From positions 384,001 through 448,000 of the forward strand of contig JBEKFP010000001.1 in the NCBI GenBank assembly GCA_050013255.1: 64,000 nt of DNA. The letters run 5' to 3'. Each line of letters opens with the position of its first letter. The first letter of the stretch is position 1. Origin of the DNA: Candidatus Bathyarchaeia archaeon. Lineage in GTDB: Archaea; Thermoproteota; Bathyarchaeia; 40CM-2-53-6. The position numbers and the translations under genes are program-made. Below, piece by piece: positions 45,491-55,754 of the stretch. The notes beneath the pieces are model-generated. The model had not been told where the DNA came from, searched no databases, and worked only from the letters and a program-made list of their open reading frames with translations.

Positions 45491-45781
45491 TTGGATTTAC
45501 CCGAGAACGTTCTGACCAAAGGGAAGGCTGGAAAACTTGAGGTTAGGGCCCTCGACTCACGCGGAAGTTATGTGATGTGCAAGTATCTCGACGCGAAGAC
45601 GCTGAAACCTACCGATAAGAAGCGCAAGCTCATGCTCAAGGATCAGAATGGGAATGTGCTCGAATACCTCATCATCCCGATAAAGGACCCCAAGCGCGCG
45701 CTACTCCTAACCGCAGGGTCTGAGGAGAAAGAACGCCAAGTCTGGAACGAAAGCCAAGGAAAAGCCGAAGATATCTGGTAA
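45491..45781 (+). CDS. Hypothetical protein
   Basis: GGGAG upstream of TTG; fills the gap between genes. Confidence 0.6.
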   Translation: MDLPENVLTKGKAGKLEVRALDSRGSYVMCKYLDAKTLKPTDKKRKLMLKDQNGNVLEYLIIPIKDPKRALLLTAGSEEKERQVWNESQGKAEDIW

Positions 45782-45791
45782 CACAATCCGC

Positions 45792-46400
45792 CTAGGGCGC
45801 GACGGGCAAGATTTGAATCAACGACTTCAATGGGACGCCATCGATCTTCGTCTTCCCACTCTTATTGACCAAGACAAGAACGCCTACAGGCTTGGCCTTC
45901 GCCTTTCGCAACGTCTGAATCGCTGCCCTATGCGTCTCACCGGCACGTAGAACCGCGTCTACAATCAACACCTTCTTTCCGGCAACTTTGTGAAATGAGG
46001 GGTTGACCAAACCTGGCAGTTTCTTATATGCTACACGTGGGGGCCGAACAGCCGCGAATGGCTTGTCGAGTTCTTTGGCTATAGCCACGCTGAGAACCAT
46101 CCCGCTCCCTTCAACCGCAACAATCACGTCAGGTTCACCAAACTCCCTTGCACGAACCGATTCCCGAATCAAATCCGCTAACGCTGAAGCAACAGCAGTC
46201 ATTCGCTTTCCATGCGCGCCTATAGTGCTCCAGTCAACGAAAACGTCATGGGGCGGAGGTCTCGCAGCTCGCTCCTTACCTTTCAAAAGTAACCAAACGA
46301 CTGTGTCTGGCTGAACCTTCAACTCGTCGGCTATCTCATACGTTGACAGCCCTTTGGATTTTAGTTCCTGCGTCCGTTTGACCAATTCACGCGAGGCCAT
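45792..46400 (-). CDS. gfcR: HTH + orotate-PRTase-like regulator (GfcR family)
   Basis: GLSTYEIADELKV...WLL, DVFVDWSTIG, VLIVDAVLRAG. Confidence 0.8.
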   Translation of the reverse strand: MASRELVKRTQELKSKGLSTYEIADELKVQPDTVVWLLLKGKERAARPPPHDVFVDWSTIGAHGKRMTAVASALADLIRESVRAREFGEPDVIVAVEGSGMVLSVAIAKELDKPFAAVRPPRVAYKKLPGLVNPSFHKVAGKKVLIVDAVLRAGETHRAAIQTLRKAKAKPVGVLVLVNKSGKTKIDGVPLKSLIQILPVAP

Positions 46401-46587
46401 TCAGTCGAACCCGCAACACGCTATCATTGACCGAGGTCTTATAAGAGGTAATGAGCCTCTCAACTTCACTCCTCGAAACCCCGCGCAGTCACCGAAGGAA
46501 AAGATCTCGTTGGCCGAAACTTCCCCCACAGCTAACACAACTCAGAAGGATTCCTTCGAAATTTCACATCAAGAAGTCCGCGGGCCA

Positions 46588-47487
46588 ATGAATTTACAGG
46601 AAACGGTTCTGAGCGCCCAAACTTCAGAACCTGAATGGGTAAGGGAAGGCGCGTCCTTTGTTGACGTCGAAGAGTTGGATGGCACTCCTGTCAAGTACAC
46701 CCTAAGCCAGGTGGGAGGCGTAGATGATTTCAAACTCACAGTGAACGCAATTTCGCAAACGCACAATGAGCGAATAGGCGCTGGCCTCGGGTCGCATTTG
46801 AACCGTGTTCTCGGTTTGAGCGACGACTTGGAATCATTCTACGGTAAATTTACCCATGAAGCCGAGCCGCTGCAGTCAACTTTCGCGCACCTCAGGGGCC
46901 TTCGCCTCATGCGCGGAACCAACCTCTATGAAAGCCTGATCTGCTCCATCCTGTCACAGAATAACTCAGCACTACTCTGGAACAGAACCGCGAGGCTTCT
47001 CATGCGCCTCTATGGACCCAGAGTTAATTTCCCCGACGGGACCACATCGTTCCTATTTCCAAGGCCACAAGCTATGGCTGCCCTGAAACCAAGAGAACTT
47101 CGCTCGAAGACTTCCATGGGGTACAGGGCGAAGCCCGTCGTTCAAGTTTCCCGTTTGGTTGCCGCCGGAAAATTACAGCTCGATAACTTCCTTACGCGGC
47201 CTTACGACGAGGCTATGGAGGCACTCATTGACCTTCCCGGTGTAGGCCCTAAGGTTGCGGATTGCTTCCTACTATACGGCGCAGGTCGCCTCGAAACCGC
47301 CCCCGTCGACGTCTGGATTCACAGAGTTGTCAGAAAGCTGTACTTTAGGGGGAGAAGGGTCAGCAGGCTCAAGACCGCACGGTTTCTGCGCGACCGCTTC
47401 GGGGAATGGGCTGGGTACGCGCAATTGTACCTCTTCGACTTCGCACGCCGCGGCGGCATCGGTAAGGCAACTAAAGCCAGCAAGTAG
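46588..47487 (+). CDS. HhH-GPD DNA glycosylase (Ogg1/AlkA-like)
   Basis: ILSQNNS, MGYRAK, LPGVGPKVADC, PVDVWI, WAGYAQLYLF; start 46510 or 46588. Confidence 0.88.
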   Translation: MNLQETVLSAQTSEPEWVREGASFVDVEELDGTPVKYTLSQVGGVDDFKLTVNAISQTHNERIGAGLGSHLNRVLGLSDDLESFYGKFTHEAEPLQSTFAHLRGLRLMRGTNLYESLICSILSQNNSALLWNRTARLLMRLYGPRVNFPDGTTSFLFPRPQAMAALKPRELRSKTSMGYRAKPVVQVSRLVAAGKLQLDNFLTRPYDEAMEALIDLPGVGPKVADCFLLYGAGRLETAPVDVWIHRVVRKLYFRGRRVSRLKTARFLRDRFGEWAGYAQLYLFDFARRGGIGKATKASK

Positions 47488-47500
47488 GGGATGGCTGTCT

Positions 47501-48028
47501 CTAGGCGTGGCGCCCCTTTGCTGCCTGTTTCTTTACAGGTTTTCGTTTCAATTTTGTTCCGCAGACTATGCAGACCTGAGAGTCTGCTTGAGGGTACCGC
47601 CTATAGCAAGCGGGGCAGTAGTAAGTCCAACTGAACTTCTCTCGGATTCCTAACGTGGCCAAGGGCTGGTAGGCTATGCCAATCCCTTCCGCAACATTCT
47701 GCACAGCGTAATCGTCGCTTACAATGACAGGCGTCTTCCCCTCAGTGCGAAGTTCAAGTGCCAAGGCCAAGACGCCCGTATCCGCTTTCGAAAGCACCAC
47801 TCTATCCCCGAGTACCCTGGCCTTCTCAGCGACCGCTTCCAATGAAGCTGAAGTTGGACTCCGAATCCTAAGCTTCCCAGAAGACTTGGAAATCGCCAGC
47901 CTGTATGACGGGCCGGTTTGTTCTCGCAGTTCATCCGTAACCTCGGGCACCGAATAGCTCTCAATATCAAGCCCGAGAGGGTCGAGGCCCATGATTAGGG
48001 CTGAAGTGTCTAGAACTAGAACTTTCAG
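47501..48028 (-). CDS. nob1: Nob1 rRNA-processing endonuclease (PIN + Zn ribbon), probable CTG start
   Basis: In-frame extension (CTG)KVLVLDTSALIMG; LSKADTGVLALA, SDDYAVQN, CPAC...CIVCG. Confidence 0.88.
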   Translation of the reverse strand: MKVLVLDTSALIMGLDPLGLDIESYSVPEVTDELREQTGPSYRLAISKSSGKLRIRSPTSASLEAVAEKARVLGDRVVLSKADTGVLALALELRTEGKTPVIVSDDYAVQNVAEGIGIAYQPLATLGIREKFSWTYYCPACYRRYPQADSQVCIVCGTKLKRKPVKKQAAKGRHA

Positions 48029-48891
48029 AAACCTGCTCGCTCCATCTCGTGAAGGCGAGTTAGGCTTCCTAAGGGTGGGGCAGGGCGTAACCGCACGAAC
48101 ACGGAGTAATGCTTAGCCTTGCGAACCGCCAACTTGACATCCTGGGAAAGCTCCCTCTGAAACCGCCCATCAGCGACGACGAGAGCCCGTAATTTTGGAT
48201 TCGCCATTTGAATCGAAAGGGACCGTTCCATCGACAGAACCGTCGGCCTCAAGAATTCAAGAGGGCAGATGAAAGTGACCACGAACGCATCCACCGCTGA
48301 ATCAACCACAGGCCCACCCGCTGAAAGAGCGTAAGCTGTGGATCCCGTAGCGGTTGAGACGATGAGCCCGTCCCCCCTGAACTGCAGAAAAGGCACAGAA
48401 TCAACAGCAAGGCGCAGATCAAGCATCTTCGAGGGGCTTCCCGATGATACCACGAGCTCGTTGAGCGCGTCGACCACGTGTGTTCCGTTTAGGTCGACGG
48501 CGAGTTTCGCGCGCTTTTCCAGCCTGCATTTGCCCTTCGCGAAGAGTTCGATGGCTCGTTGAGCTTTAGCTGGTTCAACTTCAGTGAGGTAGCCGCGCCT
48601 TCCCATGTTCACCGCTAGAATTGGTGTTTCCGGTTCGGGGATGGACATTGTTGTTTTGAGGACTGTTCCGTCTCCTCCCACGGTTACTATGAGGTCTGCT
48701 TTGAGATCGGACAAGTCCTTACCGCCGCCTAGTCGGCCTCGTTTTGCCAATTCCAGTTCAGCTGTGACCGCTATACCCTTCTTCCTCAGCTGCTTAGCGA
48801 GGGTTGCCGCCACTTCAAGGGCCTGCGGTTCATCGAGCCTAGATACGAGGCCGACCTTCAAAGCCAATTTCGCTTCTCCGAGGGGAGACAC
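48025..48891 (-). CDS. nadK: NAD kinase
   Basis: GGDGTVL, NE, GDGLIVSTATGSTAYALSAGG. Confidence 0.93.
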   Translation of the reverse strand: MSPLGEAKLALKVGLVSRLDEPQALEVAATLAKQLRKKGIAVTAELELAKRGRLGGGKDLSDLKADLIVTVGGDGTVLKTTMSIPEPETPILAVNMGRRGYLTEVEPAKAQRAIELFAKGKCRLEKRAKLAVDLNGTHVVDALNELVVSSGSPSKMLDLRLAVDSVPFLQFRGDGLIVSTATGSTAYALSAGGPVVDSAVDAFVVTFICPLEFLRPTVLSMERSLSIQMANPKLRALVVADGRFQRELSQDVKLAVRKAKHYSVFVRLRPAPPLGSLTRLHEMERAGF

Positions 48892-49043
48892 TACCTGTCG
48901 TGAGGATAATTAAGTAATCCACTCAGGCCATGACTAGATTTGGTTTCGCGAAACCTTCCGCGAAAGGCTGAATGACCAGACAAGCTTTTTAGACGAAGAG
49001 GGGGCGTTAATTGCTTTCGAGCTTAGCTTAAGGGCGAAGAACA

Positions 49044-49439
49044 CTGAGTAAACCTGTAGACGTTGGGACTCTAAAGATCGGCCACTACGTAATTGTGGAT
49101 GGGGAGCCTTGCAAGATTGTTGAATACGAAAAATCAAAACCAGGCAAACACGGTGCCGCGAAGGCTAGAATTGTAGCCATCAGTGTTACAACTGGAACAA
49201 AAAAGAACGTAATCAGCCCTGTGGACGCACGCATTGAAGTTCCCATGATAGAGAAGAAAACGGGACAAGTACTCGCTTTCATGGGCAACAACGTTCAGAT
49301 CATGGACATGCAGTCCTACGAGACCTTCGAAACTCCTATGCCGGAAGAAGAGGAGATTAAAGCGAAAATGGCTCCAGGCGTCGAGGTCGAGTACTGGCAA
49401 ATGCTGGGACAGAATAAGATAATGCGAACGAAGGGCTAA
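49044..49439 (+). CDS. eif5a: Translation factor aIF5A, probable CTG start
   Basis: (CTG)[22 protein letters not shown]...[10 protein letters not shown]. Confidence 0.93.
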   Translation: MSKPVDVGTLKIGHYVIVDGEPCKIVEYEKSKPGKHGAAKARIVAISVTTGTKKNVISPVDARIEVPMIEKKTGQVLAFMGNNVQIMDMQSYETFETPMPEEEEIKAKMAPGVEVEYWQMLGQNKIMRTKG

Positions 49440-49478
49440 TTCTCCCGTTTCCCACACGCGCCTTGGAAGGCTCACCCG

Positions 49479-50408
49479 ATGCCCTTCGTCTCGCACATCA
49501 AACTGACGAAACGCATGTCACTTTCCGACATTGCAAGGCAGATGGAAGCGGTTAAAGTCCTTGGGCCAGGACGGTTCGGGAAGGCAGTAACTATCCTCGG
49601 AGGCCTGTTTAGAGACGGCGAGTGCGTCAAGCTGATTTCTCTTGCTGGCCCAATTGTCCCCGGAGGCCTTAGAACAATCATCGCAGACCTGATTGATGAT
49701 GGTTTGCTAAATGGGGTCGTCACAACTGGCGCAAACGTAACGCATGACATACTCGAAGGCCTAGGACATCGGCACATTGCGGGAACGGAACTGGCGGATG
49801 ATAGCAAACTGAAACGCCAAGGGCTATCCAGAATCTACGACCTCCTAGTCACCCAGAAAGCAATCGAACACCTAGAGAAAGCAACTCACCGCATGCTCAA
49901 CCGCATCCCAGAAACAAGACGCCGCAACATAGCCAGCTACGAGTTACTATGGGAATTCGGCAAGCAGATCAGGGACAGACGCTCGATTCTTCACATCGCA
50001 CAGAAACGCAAAGTCCCCATCTTCTGCCCCGGCATTTTTGACTCAATGCTCGGGTTGAACCTATGGACCTACAGCCGACTCAAACCGCTCTTCATTAACC
50101 CGTTCAAGGATTTCTCAAGGCTTGTTGACTTGACTTACGAGAGAAAGAGAGTTGGGGCGATAATCCTTGGTGGCGGGATGCCGAAACACCATGTCCTAAT
50201 CGCAAACTCATACAGGGGCGGCGTGGATGCGGCGATTCAAATAACACTCGACCGCCCCGAAGGTGGCGGTGCAAGCGGTGCACCTCTGGAAGAGGCGATT
50301 AGCTGGGGCAAAATCAAGACTCCCAACAGACTAGTCACGATTGTTGGAGACGCTACGGTGATATTCCCTTTGCTTACTCTAGCGGCCCTAGAGAGGGCAG
50401 GTAAGTAG
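49479..50408 (+). CDS. dys: Deoxyhypusine synthase
   Basis: TTGANVTHD, GGGMPKHH, SGAPLEEAISWGK; next to aIF5A. Confidence 0.93.
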   Translation: MPFVSHIKLTKRMSLSDIARQMEAVKVLGPGRFGKAVTILGGLFRDGECVKLISLAGPIVPGGLRTIIADLIDDGLLNGVVTTGANVTHDILEGLGHRHIAGTELADDSKLKRQGLSRIYDLLVTQKAIEHLEKATHRMLNRIPETRRRNIASYELLWEFGKQIRDRRSILHIAQKRKVPIFCPGIFDSMLGLNLWTYSRLKPLFINPFKDFSRLVDLTYERKRVGAIILGGGMPKHHVLIANSYRGGVDAAIQITLDRPEGGGASGAPLEEAISWGKIKTPNRLVTIVGDATVIFPLLTLAALERAGK

Positions 50409-50413
50409 GCTCA

Positions 50414-50773
50414 TCACAGCCGTGGAATGTGGACTTCAAGGACGCCCCGTTTGAACTTCGTGCTAATTCTTTTCTCGTCAACGGAGACGGGCATGCGGAT
50501 TCTGGCACGGTAACATGTGAATTCCCCATGCCTGTGCTTGGCGCCGAGGTCCCTGAACGTGATCTTCTTGTTGGTCTCTGCATAAACTTCCAAGGAATCA
50601 TCCGTCGGGCAGCGCAGCTTAACCTGTTTGTGGTCCACGTATGGTAAATCGACGGTTAGAACGACCTCGTTGGCCGCCACGTACAGATTGTATAGAGGTT
50701 GGATGCATGCAGCGGCAGCGTTCCATCCTGACCCATGGGTGGAGAATTCGCCTTTCGGTTCAGGACTCACCAT
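50414..50773 (-). CDS. Hsp20/alpha-crystallin family protein
   Basis: TVDLPYVD...TKFKRGVLEVHIPR. Confidence 0.8.
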   Translation of the reverse strand: MVSPEPKGEFSTHGSGWNAAAACIQPLYNLYVAANEVVLTVDLPYVDHKQVKLRCPTDDSLEVYAETNKKITFRDLGAKHRHGEFTCYRARIRMPVSVDEKRISTKFKRGVLEVHIPRL

Positions 50774-50776
50774 GGT

Positions 50777-51538
50777 TCACCCGTACATAGGCGGGAGATC
50801 GTATTCATGAGACTTGTCCATCTTGAGCATCTCTTCGTGGGTACGGTGCATCATATCCTTACTTTTCAAGCGTATTTCTTCCCCTCTCTTCAGAAGGTCG
50901 GAAACGTCAACATTCAGATCGAGTATCTTGTTGACCGCGCTTATCGCAACCGCGGCTGCTACAGGGTCGGGGTAGTTGTAGTAGGATTGGGTAAGCAACG
51001 TGATTGCGGGAACGGATGCTTCAGCACATTTCTGGAGGATTAGCCCGTAAACGCCAACTATGTAACCTTCCTCCAAGACTTCAGCCGCCCCGCGAAGCCT
51101 CGACTCCAATTCCTTACTTGAAAGCGCGGCAAACACTTTTGGGGCATCTATGTCCTGGCGGTTCGCAACAGCCATCCCACCCAAGGAGAGCATCAGCTTA
51201 GTATTCTTTGTTCGAGCCCAGTCAACGATATCCGCCGCAAGTGGCCTGATGAGTGGGACTGGGATCGTTGTCTCAGAGATTAGGACAACCAAAGAGTTGC
51301 CTGCGAATATGCGGATAGGTGCTTTCGGAAGGCCGCCGTGCAGAACGATCATTGGTGGAAGAAGGTCAGACTCGATAGCGCCCACCTCCTTCAATTTCAA
51401 TTCGCTAATGATATGAGAAGCCGCCAGCAACCCGACAAGCCCTACATCGGGAAGGCCGTTCACAATAACCGCCCCCTTAGGAATCGAAGCGGATTCCAAA
51501 ATGCGCAACCCATCTTTCCCAGACAGGCTATTGGACAT
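50777..51538 (-). CDS. Proteasome assembly chaperone (PAC2 family)
   Basis: GLPDVGLVG, YPDPVAA, C-terminal MYG HbYX motif. Confidence 0.9.
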   Translation of the reverse strand: MSNSLSGKDGLRILESASIPKGAVIVNGLPDVGLVGLLAASHIISELKLKEVGAIESDLLPPMIVLHGGLPKAPIRIFAGNSLVVLISETTIPVPLIRPLAADIVDWARTKNTKLMLSLGGMAVANRQDIDAPKVFAALSSKELESRLRGAAEVLEEGYIVGVYGLILQKCAEASVPAITLLTQSYYNYPDPVAAAVAISAVNKILDLNVDVSDLLKRGEEIRLKSKDMMHRTHEEMLKMDKSHEYDLPPMYG

Positions 51539-51667
51539 ATCAACACCCTTCTACGAAAACTGTGAGCTGAAGCCAGAGCAAGATTACCGAGTAATTAAAC
51601 GGTTCGCAGAAGTTACAAGAACTTTTAGGATGCCTCAACCAACGCATCAAGCGTATCGTGAAAATGC

Positions 51668-53008
51668 ATGAGTGCACTCGAAGGCCTAGGCAAGTCGCTT
51701 AGCGACGCAATGAAAAAGCTGCTGCGAATGGCGGTTGTTGATGAAAAAGCAGTCAAGGAACTTGTCCGCGACCTTCAACGGGCCCTCCTTCAATCCGACG
51801 TTAACGTTAACCTAGTTATGCAGATTTCTCAGGCAGTCGAGAAGCGGTCACTCGAAGAAAAGCTGCCGCCTGGAATCTCCCGCCGCGAACACGTCGTTAA
51901 AGTTCTCTATGAGGAACTGACCCGATTCCTCGGTGAGGAACCGAGCAAACTCACTGTCGAACCTGGCACAACACAAGTTATCATGCTCGTTGGAATTCAG
52001 GGCACGGGGAAAACAACAGCCGCAGTGAAACTTTCACGCTTCTATCAAAAGCGCGGTCTGCGGCCTGCGATAATCTGCGCCGACACCTACCGGCCAGGCG
52101 CCTTCGACCAGTTGAAGCAACTTGCTGACAAAATTAGCGTACCCGTTTACGGTGAACCGAATTCTAGGGATACATTGAAAATAGTGAAAAAGGGCATGGA
52201 GCAATTCTCAAACCAAAAGTACAACCTGATCATCGTGGACACGGCAGGGCGTCACAAGGATGAAACAGAACTGATGTCCGAGATGCGTGACCTAGCCAAG
52301 CAGGTTCAGCCCAACGAAATAATCCTCGCGATCGACGCCTCAATCGGCCAAGCAGCAATGTCCCAGGCGGCCGCGTTCAATGAGAGCACAAAGATCGGTT
52401 CAATTCTAGTAACAAAACTTGACGGAACGGCCAAGGGAGGAGGCGCACTCTCAGCCGTTGCCGCAACCCACGCCAAGATCAAATTTGTAGGGACGGGAGA
52501 GAAGATCGATGACATTGAGCAGTTCATCCCCTCGAGTTTTGTGGGACGCCTCCTCGGAATGGGCGACATCAAAGCATTGGTCGACAGGGTTCGTGACGCA
52601 GAAATCGTCGTACCGCAGAAGAAAGCAAGGGCCTTCCTGGAGGGTAAGTTCACGTTGAAGGACATGTACGAGCAAATGGTCGCCGTTCGAAAAATGGGCC
52701 CCCTGAAGAAACTGGTTGGTATGATGCCTGGCGGAATGAACATACCCGACGACGCTATGGAGAACGCTGAGAAGAAACTGGACGCTTGGCGGGTTATCAT
52801 CCAATCTATGACGCGGGATGAGATTGAGGACCCGAAACTCGTCGATTCCTCACGGGCGAGGAGAATCGCACATGGCTCAGGTACATCCGACAAGGACGTG
52901 AAAGAAATGGTGAATCAATACTTCATGATGAAGAAGATGATGAAGAGCATGAAACGGCGCGGCGCCGCTTTCGGAAGGGGAAAAATGCCCTTCCCAACAC
53001 GGCCTTGA
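51668..53008 (+). CDS. srp54: Signal recognition particle protein SRP54
   Basis: GIQGTGKTT, DTAGR, TKLDGTAKGGG, M domain. Confidence 0.97.
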   Translation: MSALEGLGKSLSDAMKKLLRMAVVDEKAVKELVRDLQRALLQSDVNVNLVMQISQAVEKRSLEEKLPPGISRREHVVKVLYEELTRFLGEEPSKLTVEPGTTQVIMLVGIQGTGKTTAAVKLSRFYQKRGLRPAIICADTYRPGAFDQLKQLADKISVPVYGEPNSRDTLKIVKKGMEQFSNQKYNLIIVDTAGRHKDETELMSEMRDLAKQVQPNEIILAIDASIGQAAMSQAAAFNESTKIGSILVTKLDGTAKGGGALSAVAATHAKIKFVGTGEKIDDIEQFIPSSFVGRLLGMGDIKALVDRVRDAEIVVPQKKARAFLEGKFTLKDMYEQMVAVRKMGPLKKLVGMMPGGMNIPDDAMENAEKKLDAWRVIIQSMTRDEIEDPKLVDSSRARRIAHGSGTSDKDVKEMVNQYFMMKKMMKSMKRRGAAFGRGKMPFPTRP

Positions 53009-53081
53009 AGGACGCGGAAAATATTCCAAGAAAGTTAATTAGCGTCCCTTTAGTCTGCTAGCAAATTTCAGGTCATGTCTC

Positions 53082-53375
53082 ATGGTAAGGCGCTCAAAGG
53101 GCTACCGCTCGAGGACGCGAAGCCTACTCCGGAAGAGACCTCGCGAGCGAGGAAAAATCGGCCTCAGCCGCATCCTCCGAACCTATCGCCCAGGCGAGAA
53201 AGTCACCATCATGATAGAACCCTCCGTACACAAGGGCATGCCCCACAGACGCTATCATGGAAGGGTTGGAGTAATTCATGCCAGACGCGGAAAGTCATAC
53301 GTGGTTCATATCACGATGGGTAGTCAGACGAAACAAATTATCGCCCGACCTGAACACATCACCCCCGTACGTTGA
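53082..53375 (+). CDS. rpl21e: 50S ribosomal protein L21e
   Basis: SKGYRSRTR, SVHKGMPHRRYHGR. Confidence 0.96.
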   Translation: MVRRSKGYRSRTRSLLRKRPRERGKIGLSRILRTYRPGEKVTIMIEPSVHKGMPHRRYHGRVGVIHARRGKSYVVHITMGSQTKQIIARPEHITPVR

Positions 53376-53720
53376 GTGAACCACTTGCCTAGGAAAATCA
53401 TCGATTCTAAGCCCGCCACTACCTCCGAAGCAAAAAGAACTTTGGAACGCGCGAAGGAAGATGAGCTAGGAGAATTTCAGAGGCGCACACTTGACTACGC
53501 ATCCAAGTTCGCCAGGATCTCACCCGCTAAAGCTGAGAAGCTTGTACGGGAATTGGGGGAGAAGCATCAACTCGAGCGGAAGGATGCAATTCAGATTGCC
53601 AACACAATGCCACGGTATATCGAAGAATTACGAACCATTCTTACGGTCAAAGGGCGAATAATCTCGGGTACTCAATTGGAAGATATTCTGAAACTTCTCA
53701 ACAACTATCGAGAAGATTAG
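53376..53720 (+). CDS. rpoF: RNA polymerase subunit Rpo4/F
   Basis: QRRTLDYASKF, IANTMP...ELRTIL; conserved position. Confidence 0.9.
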   Translation: MNHLPRKIIDSKPATTSEAKRTLERAKEDELGEFQRRTLDYASKFARISPAKAEKLVRELGEKHQLERKDAIQIANTMPRYIEELRTILTVKGRIISGTQLEDILKLLNNYRED

Positions 53721-53919
53721 CCCACAAGTAATTCTCTCTCTTGATTCCTGGGCATAAGGCAGGAAAACCTTTTTTCCCTCCGAACCCACACCTCCTACTG
53801 GATATGCTGAACTTTGCCTGATTCCGGCGATTCCACATTTACCGTGATTGAAAAGGCACAGAGGCCAAGCACCTACTTCCTTTAACGCGAAATCTGCACC
53901 TACTTCTGGTGGAACAAAG

Positions 53920-54576
53920 ATGAGTATGAATACAAAGAGTTCAGATGAGAATCGGGGCACCAGTTCAGCTTACTCAGGGTTTAGGCCAACTACTGGAGGC
54001 GGTGGGGAGGGTGGCGTTCCACCGCGACTTTACGAGGAGTACGCATACGTGCTGGATTTCTTGCAATTCGGCCGACCTGGAACGGACAAGCCTAGGCACC
54101 TTGCCCTTCCAACGGTGCAGGTTATCGGTGAAACATACTTCACACTCCTTGAGGCCGAAATACGCGTAGGAACACAGGCAAACCTTCACGAGCGCGTTTA
54201 CATTGGAAAAGAGCGGCGAGAGAAAATTAACCGTATCATCGGAAGAATCAGCTACAACGACCTCACTGCGAATGCGAAGGCAGAGTTGCTTCCGGTGCTA
54301 GAAGACCTGATCGCTAACCAAGAGCAGAGGTTTGTTTCCTTTTTCAATAATTCCCAAGCCATAACACCCCGTATGCATGCACTGGAGCTGCTTCCGGGAA
54401 TCGGGAAAAAATCGATGTGGCAAATAATAAACGCCAGGGAGAAAAAACCCTTCATCAGCTTCAAGGACGTTCACGAGCGAACGAATGTAGGGGACCCCGT
54501 CAAGGTCGTTGCTAAACGGATCTTGGACGAATTGGCCGGGGAAGAAAAGTACCGGGTTTTTTCGAGAGCGCTATAG
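53920..54576 (+). CDS. DUF655 RNA-binding protein
   Basis: EEYAYVLDF, FTLLE, RMHALELLPGIGKK. Confidence 0.92.
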   Translation: MSMNTKSSDENRGTSSAYSGFRPTTGGGGEGGVPPRLYEEYAYVLDFLQFGRPGTDKPRHLALPTVQVIGETYFTLLEAEIRVGTQANLHERVYIGKERREKINRIIGRISYNDLTANAKAELLPVLEDLIANQEQRFVSFFNNSQAITPRMHALELLPGIGKKSMWQIINAREKKPFISFKDVHERTNVGDPVKVVAKRILDELAGEEKYRVFSRAL

Positions 54577-54608
54577 ACACGACGTATGAATACTGCGAGA
54601 GAACTGGT

Positions 54609-55709
54609 TTGCCCAACAGGGTAATCATGCACGTAGACCTCGACTACTTCTACGCCCAGTGTGAAGAGAACAAGAACCCGCATGTGCGGGGAACCCCCGT
54701 GGTGGTTTGCGTTTACTCCGGCAGGACCGAGGATAGTGGAGTAGTCAGCACCTCCAATTACCTTGCCCGGAAATATGGGGTAAAGGCCGGCATACCCATC
54801 GCCCGAGCGAAGAAGCTTCTTGAATCCTCGGGCGCGATTTTCTTTCCAATGAACCGTCCTCTATACGAACAAGTATCCGAGGGGGTAATGAAAATCCTGC
54901 GGGAGCGCGGTGACGCATTTGAAAAAGTGGGAATTGATGAGGCTTATCTAGAAGTTTCAACTAGAACGAATGGCAAATTCGATCAGGCCGAAAACATAGC
55001 GAATGAAATTAAGCGACAGATAATCACTGAAGAACAGATAACTTGCTCAATTGGAATCGCACCCAACAAACTCGTGGCCAAGATTGCATCCGACGAGAGA
55101 AAACCCGATGGACTCACCATGGTGAAGCCGGAAGAAGTCCACAGTTTCTTGTCGGAATTGCCAGCCTCGAGGATACCTGGTGTCGGGAAGAAAGTAGAGG
55201 ACAAACTGGGCCAAATGCAGGTCAAGACGATAGCTCAACTTTCTACGATTAGTCCCCCGATCCTGGTTGAAACCTTCGGAAAAAACTTAGGAGGTTATCT
55301 TTTTCAGGCCGCCCGAGGAGAGGATGACGAACCGGTAAAGGAAAGGGAACAACCAACACAGCTAAGCCGGATCGCTACCTTGAAACGAAATACTCGAGAC
55401 CTACCAGAAATGCTGCCCCTGCTAAGCGAACTTGCAAATTCAACAACCGCCAAATTGAAAGAAAGAAGTATGACGTGCAAGTCGGTAGCAATCATAGCTA
55501 TACTGAACGACCTCTCTATTCACACCAAATCGAAAACATTGGAACAACCAACCGCAGATGAAAAAATCATTGTGAGCACTGCACAGGAACTGATGAAAGA
55601 ATTCTTGGAATCAATGCCCAGTGCTACGGTCCGAAGGACAGGAGTCAAAGTCTCCACATTGTCGAAGCCAACCGGGCAGACAGATATCTCCAATTTCCTG
55701 AAGGCGTAG
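54609..55709 (+). CDS. dbh: DNA polymerase IV (Y family)
   Basis: HVDLDYFYAQ, SNYLAR, GIDEAY, KIAS..KPDG, C-terminal PIP QTDISNFL. Confidence 0.95.
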   Translation: MPNRVIMHVDLDYFYAQCEENKNPHVRGTPVVVCVYSGRTEDSGVVSTSNYLARKYGVKAGIPIARAKKLLESSGAIFFPMNRPLYEQVSEGVMKILRERGDAFEKVGIDEAYLEVSTRTNGKFDQAENIANEIKRQIITEEQITCSIGIAPNKLVAKIASDERKPDGLTMVKPEEVHSFLSELPASRIPGVGKKVEDKLGQMQVKTIAQLSTISPPILVETFGKNLGGYLFQAARGEDDEPVKEREQPTQLSRIATLKRNTRDLPEMLPLLSELANSTTAKLKERSMTCKSVAIIAILNDLSIHTKSKTLEQPTADEKIIVSTAQELMKEFLESMPSATVRRTGVKVSTLSKPTGQTDISNFLKA

Positions 55710-55754
55710 CTCCAAGGAAAGTCCACCAGTCATCGCACCGTTGAGGAATCTGCC

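Noticed and set aside
53869-53906. GCACCTACTTC direct repeat upstream of DUF655
   Set aside because: 11-bp duplication with no further support for a function
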